Positions 60,285 through 64,000 of a stretch of DNA of 64,000 nt are shown piece by piece. The stretch comes from an uncultured Candidatus Binatia bacterium (lineage in GTDB: Bacteria > Desulfobacterota > Binatia > UBA9968 > JAJDTQ01). A program made the position numbers and the translations under genes. The stretch covers positions 1,888,001-1,952,000 of the forward strand of contig OZ244070.1 in assembly GCA_965215605.1 (NCBI GenBank), written 5' to 3'. Position 1 is the stretch's first letter; the number at the start of each line of letters is the position of its first letter. The notes below the pieces were generated by a model. It ran no database searches. It saw nothing but the letters and a program-made list of their open reading frames with translations, and was not told the origin of the DNA.

Positions 60285-62825
60285 ATGACTCTATCTGCTT
60301 GGGGAAAGACGGATGTAGCCGAGGGCTCCACTCACCACTTGGCTCATCACTCAATGGATGTCGCTGCTGTATTCCAGCGGCTGTTGGAGTTGCCAGCGTT
60401 CAGAAGCCGCGCCGAGAAGGCAGCGGGAACGGGTTTCTCGCGCCAAACCGTCGCGCGACTAGGCGCGATCGTGTTTCTGCACGATATTGGCAAGCTCCAC
60501 CCTGCGTTTCAGGCGAAAGGCTGGCCAGAGGGATTGTGGACTCGGCCCGTGCGAGGCCATGTGCCCGAGAGCCTGGCGTTCCTGGAACTCTCCTTGCGGT
60601 CTGGGGATCATCCCTTCAGGGAAGTGACCCAATCCCTTCGACAGTGGGGCGGAGGGGTCGAGCCACTCCTCATCGCGAGTCTGTCGCACCACGGACGGCC
60701 CATTGAGCAGGGGCCTCAGGCCATGGCCGGAGATTGGCGCGAATTGCCCCACTATAACTGGCGCGTGGAGGCGATGATGATGGCCGAGGCCTTGCGGGGC
60801 TGGTTCCCGGAGGCCTTCAAGGAAGGTGGGGAGTTGCCCGAGCAGCCAGGGTTCGCGCACTTCTTCGCGGGACTCGCGGCGTTGGCCGACTGGGTCGGCT
60901 CTGACAAACGGTTCTTCGAATTCGTTGCCGTCTTCGATGGGGACTATGACCAGACGGCTCATGCCCGGGCGGAGCGTGCTGTTCTGGAGCTTGGGCTCGA
61001 CGTAGCACGTTTGCCTCGACGTCCTTCCCTTTCCTTCGCCGAGGTGACCCCGTTCGCGGAGCCGAACCCCGCTCAGGCCGTCGTTGGCAAGATCGGGAAC
61101 GATGAACGGCTGGTGATCCTCGAGGCGGAGACCGGCTCGGGCAAGACCGAGGCGGCGCTCTGGCGTTTCGCCCGGCTCTTCGCCGCGGGCCGCGTGGAAG
61201 GGCTCTATTTCGCCGTTCCCACCAGGGCGGCTGCGCGACAACTTCATGGTCGCGTCAACGCGGCGATGCGCCGGATATTCGGAGACCGCGCTCCAGAGGC
61301 GGTCCTGGCCATTCCGGGAATGCTGGCGGCGGGAAAGGCTACAGGCCAACGTCTTCCAGGGTGGAAGTTCTTGTGGGAGGACCAGCCGGGAAGCGTACCG
61401 GCACGGTGGGCCGCCGAGCATGCGACGCGCTTCCTCGCCGCCACCGTTGCGGTCGGTACCGTGGACCAAGCCATGCTGGCAGGTCTCATGGTCAAGCATG
61501 CCCATCTGAGAGGAAGCGCACTCAGCCGGAGCTTCCTCGTGATCGACGAGGTCCACGCGTCGGATGCCTACATGACCGGGGTGTTGGCACATCTTCTGGA
61601 AGCGCACCTGGCACTGGGAGGCTACGCGATGCTGATGTCCGCCACGCTGGGGTCGCGGGCGAGGATACGCTGGACGAATGAAACACCACCGGAGTTCGGC
61701 ACGGCGGTCGCGACGAATTACCCGGCGGTCTGGGTTGGCGGGGAGACAACTCCCAGGCAGGTGGAGGGCACCGGACGGTCCAAGGAGGTGCGGTTGACGG
61801 TGGACGACATGGCGCCGGAACGGGCGGCCGAGTTGGCCCTTGAAGCGGCCGGTCAAGGCGCGCGAGTCCTGGTGGTTCGTAACACCGTGAGGAAAGCCAT
61901 CGAGACGTGGGAGGCGGCGCAGAAACTCGGCGGGACCGGACGGCTTCTACAGGTGGCCGGCGGCCCCGCGCTTCACCATGGCCGTTTCGCCGCGGAAGAT
62001 CGAGAAATGTTGGATCGGGCCGTTGAGGCGGTCCTCGCACCAGACCCTCAACGTGCCCGCACGGGCGTGGTTGTCATCGGAACACAGACGCTGGAGCAGT
62101 CGCTGGACATCGACGCCGATTTTCTGATCACGGACCTTTGTCCCATCGACGTCCTGCTTCAGCGGATCGGCCGGTTGCATCGCCATCCTCTGCCGCGTCC
62201 CGCGGGTTTTGACGAAGCCGCAACGGTGGTGCTGACGCCACCGGAAGGCCTCGATCGGCTAACGGCACCCGCTTTCGACAACGGTCTCGGCGCATGGGAG
62301 GACCAAGGGGAGTTTCAGGGCATCTACCGCGACTTGCCAGTGCTGGAGTTGACGAGGCGCTTGATCGGGGACGAGCCGGTCTGGCGAATCCCGGAGATGA
62401 ACAGACGGTTGGTCGAGGCCGCCACGCATCCGGAGAGGACGGAGTCTCTTCTCAAGGAGAAGGGGGAGTCGTGGGCCGGTTATGAGCGGAAGCTCGGGGG
62501 AGTCGAGGCGGCCGAGCGCGGGTTGGCACGGTTGCGGCGGCTCGACCGAGAACAGCGTTACGAAGAACTCCGTTTCCCGAGCGCTGATGAGCGTGTCATG
62601 ACCCGGCTGGGAGAAGACGGGGTGGTGTTGACGCTCGATTCCAACGCCCTGAGTCCATTTGCGAATCGCATTTCGCAAATCACACTACCCGCCCGATGGT
62701 CGGCAGGCATTTCGAAAACCGATGCGGAAACGGTTGTGGTCAGGCCTGTTTTCGGAAGGCTTGGGCTCATGGTGGGAGAACGCCAGTTCATGTACTCCCG
62801 GAAGGGCCTTGACGTTTTGTCGTGA
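60285..62825 (+). CDS. cas3: Type I-E CRISPR-associated HD nuclease/helicase Cas3
   Basis: HSMDV, HDIGK, SHHG, ADW; AETGSGKT, IDEVH, MSATL, EQSLDID, QRIGRLHRH. Confidence 0.94.
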   Translation: MTLSAWGKTDVAEGSTHHLAHHSMDVAAVFQRLLELPAFRSRAEKAAGTGFSRQTVARLGAIVFLHDIGKLHPAFQAKGWPEGLWTRPVRGHVPESLAFLELSLRSGDHPFREVTQSLRQWGGGVEPLLIASLSHHGRPIEQGPQAMAGDWRELPHYNWRVEAMMMAEALRGWFPEAFKEGGELPEQPGFAHFFAGLAALADWVGSDKRFFEFVAVFDGDYDQTAHARAERAVLELGLDVARLPRRPSLSFAEVTPFAEPNPAQAVVGKIGNDERLVILEAETGSGKTEAALWRFARLFAAGRVEGLYFAVPTRAAARQLHGRVNAAMRRIFGDRAPEAVLAIPGMLAAGKATGQRLPGWKFLWEDQPGSVPARWAAEHATRFLAATVAVGTVDQAMLAGLMVKHAHLRGSALSRSFLVIDEVHASDAYMTGVLAHLLEAHLALGGYAMLMSATLGSRARIRWTNETPPEFGTAVATNYPAVWVGGETTPRQVEGTGRSKEVRLTVDDMAPERAAELALEAAGQGARVLVVRNTVRKAIETWEAAQKLGGTGRLLQVAGGPALHHGRFAAEDREMLDRAVEAVLAPDPQRARTGVVVIGTQTLEQSLDIDADFLITDLCPIDVLLQRIGRLHRHPLPRPAGFDEAATVVLTPPEGLDRLTAPAFDNGLGAWEDQGEFQGIYRDLPVLELTRRLIGDEPVWRIPEMNRRLVEAATHPERTESLLKEKGESWAGYERKLGGVEAAERGLARLRRLDREQRYEELRFPSADERVMTRLGEDGVVLTLDSNALSPFANRISQITLPARWSAGISKTDAETVVVRPVFGRLGLMVGERQFMYSRKGLDVLS

Positions 62826-62937
62826 GGTGCGCTTTTCGCTATAGGAAGCAAATTCTCCTAATGAATGCCGGCTGCGTTGATTGTCCACATGAAAGCGCTA
62901 TCCACTTTGGATGCAACTGAAACATCGGAATTCGCAA

Positions 62938-64000
62938 ATGAACCTTTTGACCCACGACTTGATCTCAGCAGCGAACATGCAACGTATGTCACTTCCCGGG
63001 CTTCTGGCCGCAATGGCACGGGGTGAAGTCGCGGGATTCCCGGCACTCCGACCCCATCAGCGTCCAGCGTGGCACATGTTCCTGGTGCAGCTTGCGGCGT
63101 TGGCACTTTGGGGTGCCAAGGACGAGAAACTTCCCGACGAGGCTGAGGAGTGGACCGATCTACTGCGTAGGCTTACGCCGAATCACCCGGATGACGGCCC
63201 CTGGTGCCTCGTTGTCGAGGACTACAGCAAACCCGCCTTCCTTCAGCCGCCGGCTCCCGCGGGATTGAAGTGGTCGCCGGTGCCGACGCCGGACGCGTTG
63301 GACCTCCTCATCACGGCACGCAACCACGACCTCAAGCAATACGTCGCCCGCGACGTTGAACCCGAAGACTGGCTGTTCGCCCTCGTATCCGTTCAGACCT
63401 CCGCCGGCTACGACGGCAGGGACAACTATGGCGTTGCCCGGATGAACGGTGGGTCTTCCAGCCGCCCCATGCTGGGACTCGTCCCGGTGCATGCAAAGAC
63501 CTACAGGCTCGATCCGAGCAAGTGGTGGCGTCGGGATGTCGAGAGGCTTCTGTTTGAACGACGCGCGGGTAACGGTCCCGAATTTGGTTGCGAGGGTGGC
63601 CTTGCCCTTCTCTGGTGCCATGACTGGCCGGAAGGACGCCAACTTGACCTCCGCACCCTCGATCCGTGGTTCATCGAGGTCTGCCGACGAGTTCGTCTTG
63701 TTGGGAGCAGTCAGCTACTCTCCGCCGTCAAGGCGGGATCAAAGGCCGCCCGAATCGATGCGAAGATGTACCATGGCCATGTCGGAGATCCGTGGGCGCC
63801 GGTGCACATCGATGACGGCAAGAGCCTGACGCTGGGCGGCGGTGACTTCCACTACAAGAAGTTGGCGGAGCTACTGTTCGAGGGGAAATGGAAGTTGCCC
63901 CTCTTGGCAACACCCGGGACCAACGAAACCGCAGCGGGCAGCCTGCTCGTTGCCGAGGCACTTTCCCGCGGGAACAGCAAAACGAAAGGCTTCAAGAGCC
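62938..64000 (+). CDS. casA: Type I-E Cascade large subunit CasA/Cse1 (Cas8e), truncated by window end
   Basis: Frame absent from the ORF track: MNLLTHDLI..SLPGLLAAM..FPALRPHQRPAWHMFLVQLA..PAFLQPP..TPDALDLLITARNHDLK..NYGVARMNGG. Confidence 0.88.
   Translation, partial: MNLLTHDLISAANMQRMSLPGLLAAMARGEVAGFPALRPHQRPAWHMFLVQLAALALWGAKDEKLPDEAEEWTDLLRRLTPNHPDDGPWCLVVEDYSKPAFLQPPAPAGLKWSPVPTPDALDLLITARNHDLKQYVARDVEPEDWLFALVSVQTSAGYDGRDNYGVARMNGGSSSRPMLGLVPVHAKTYRLDPSKWWRRDVERLLFERRAGNGPEFGCEGGLALLWCHDWPEGRQLDLRTLDPWFIEVCRRVRLVGSSQLLSAVKAGSKAARIDAKMYHGHVGDPWAPVHIDDGKSLTLGGGDFHYKKLAELLFEGKWKLPLLATPGTNETAAGSLLVAEALSRGNSKTKGFKS

Noticed and set aside
60285-64000. CRISPR array for the type I-E system
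   Set aside because: No 29-bp repeat array in this window; it probably lies beyond the right edge

Overview
GC-rich bacterial chromosomal window. The mix of secreted ankyrin and Calx-beta proteins, many toxin-antitoxin (TA) modules, multiple amidohydrolases and a TTT transporter resembles sponge-associated Deltaproteobacteria/Binatia-type genomes; this is inference, not a taxonomic call. Core regions encode a selenocysteine-containing GrdB-type reductase plus TctCAB transporter, RNase D, amidohydrolases, PhhB, a ComDE-like TPP decarboxylase, SugE, LOG, Lnt, an RRM protein, a CoA-transferase and enoyl-CoA hydratases. Further along are a myo-inositol (iol) cluster, an ANTAR/sigma54-controlled cyanate ABC transporter with cyanase, and the start of a WYL-led type I-E CRISPR-Cas operon (cas3, casA). 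Two accessory regions stand out. (1) About 12.4-25.8 kb is a tandem graveyard of paired-tyrosine-integrase elements. It carries two copies of a secreted DARPin-like ankyrin cassette (4 vs 12 internal repeats), several TA modules, an IS3, an ISAs1 remnant and a candidate ~160-nt structured ncRNA. (2) About 39.4-43.5 kb holds a CI-like repressor, a decayed copy of the WYL gene, and two solitary type I-G-like CRISPR repeats (32 bp identical) 1.5 kb apart, each directly upstream of a PIN-toxin module. No tRNA, rRNA or full CRISPR array was seen.
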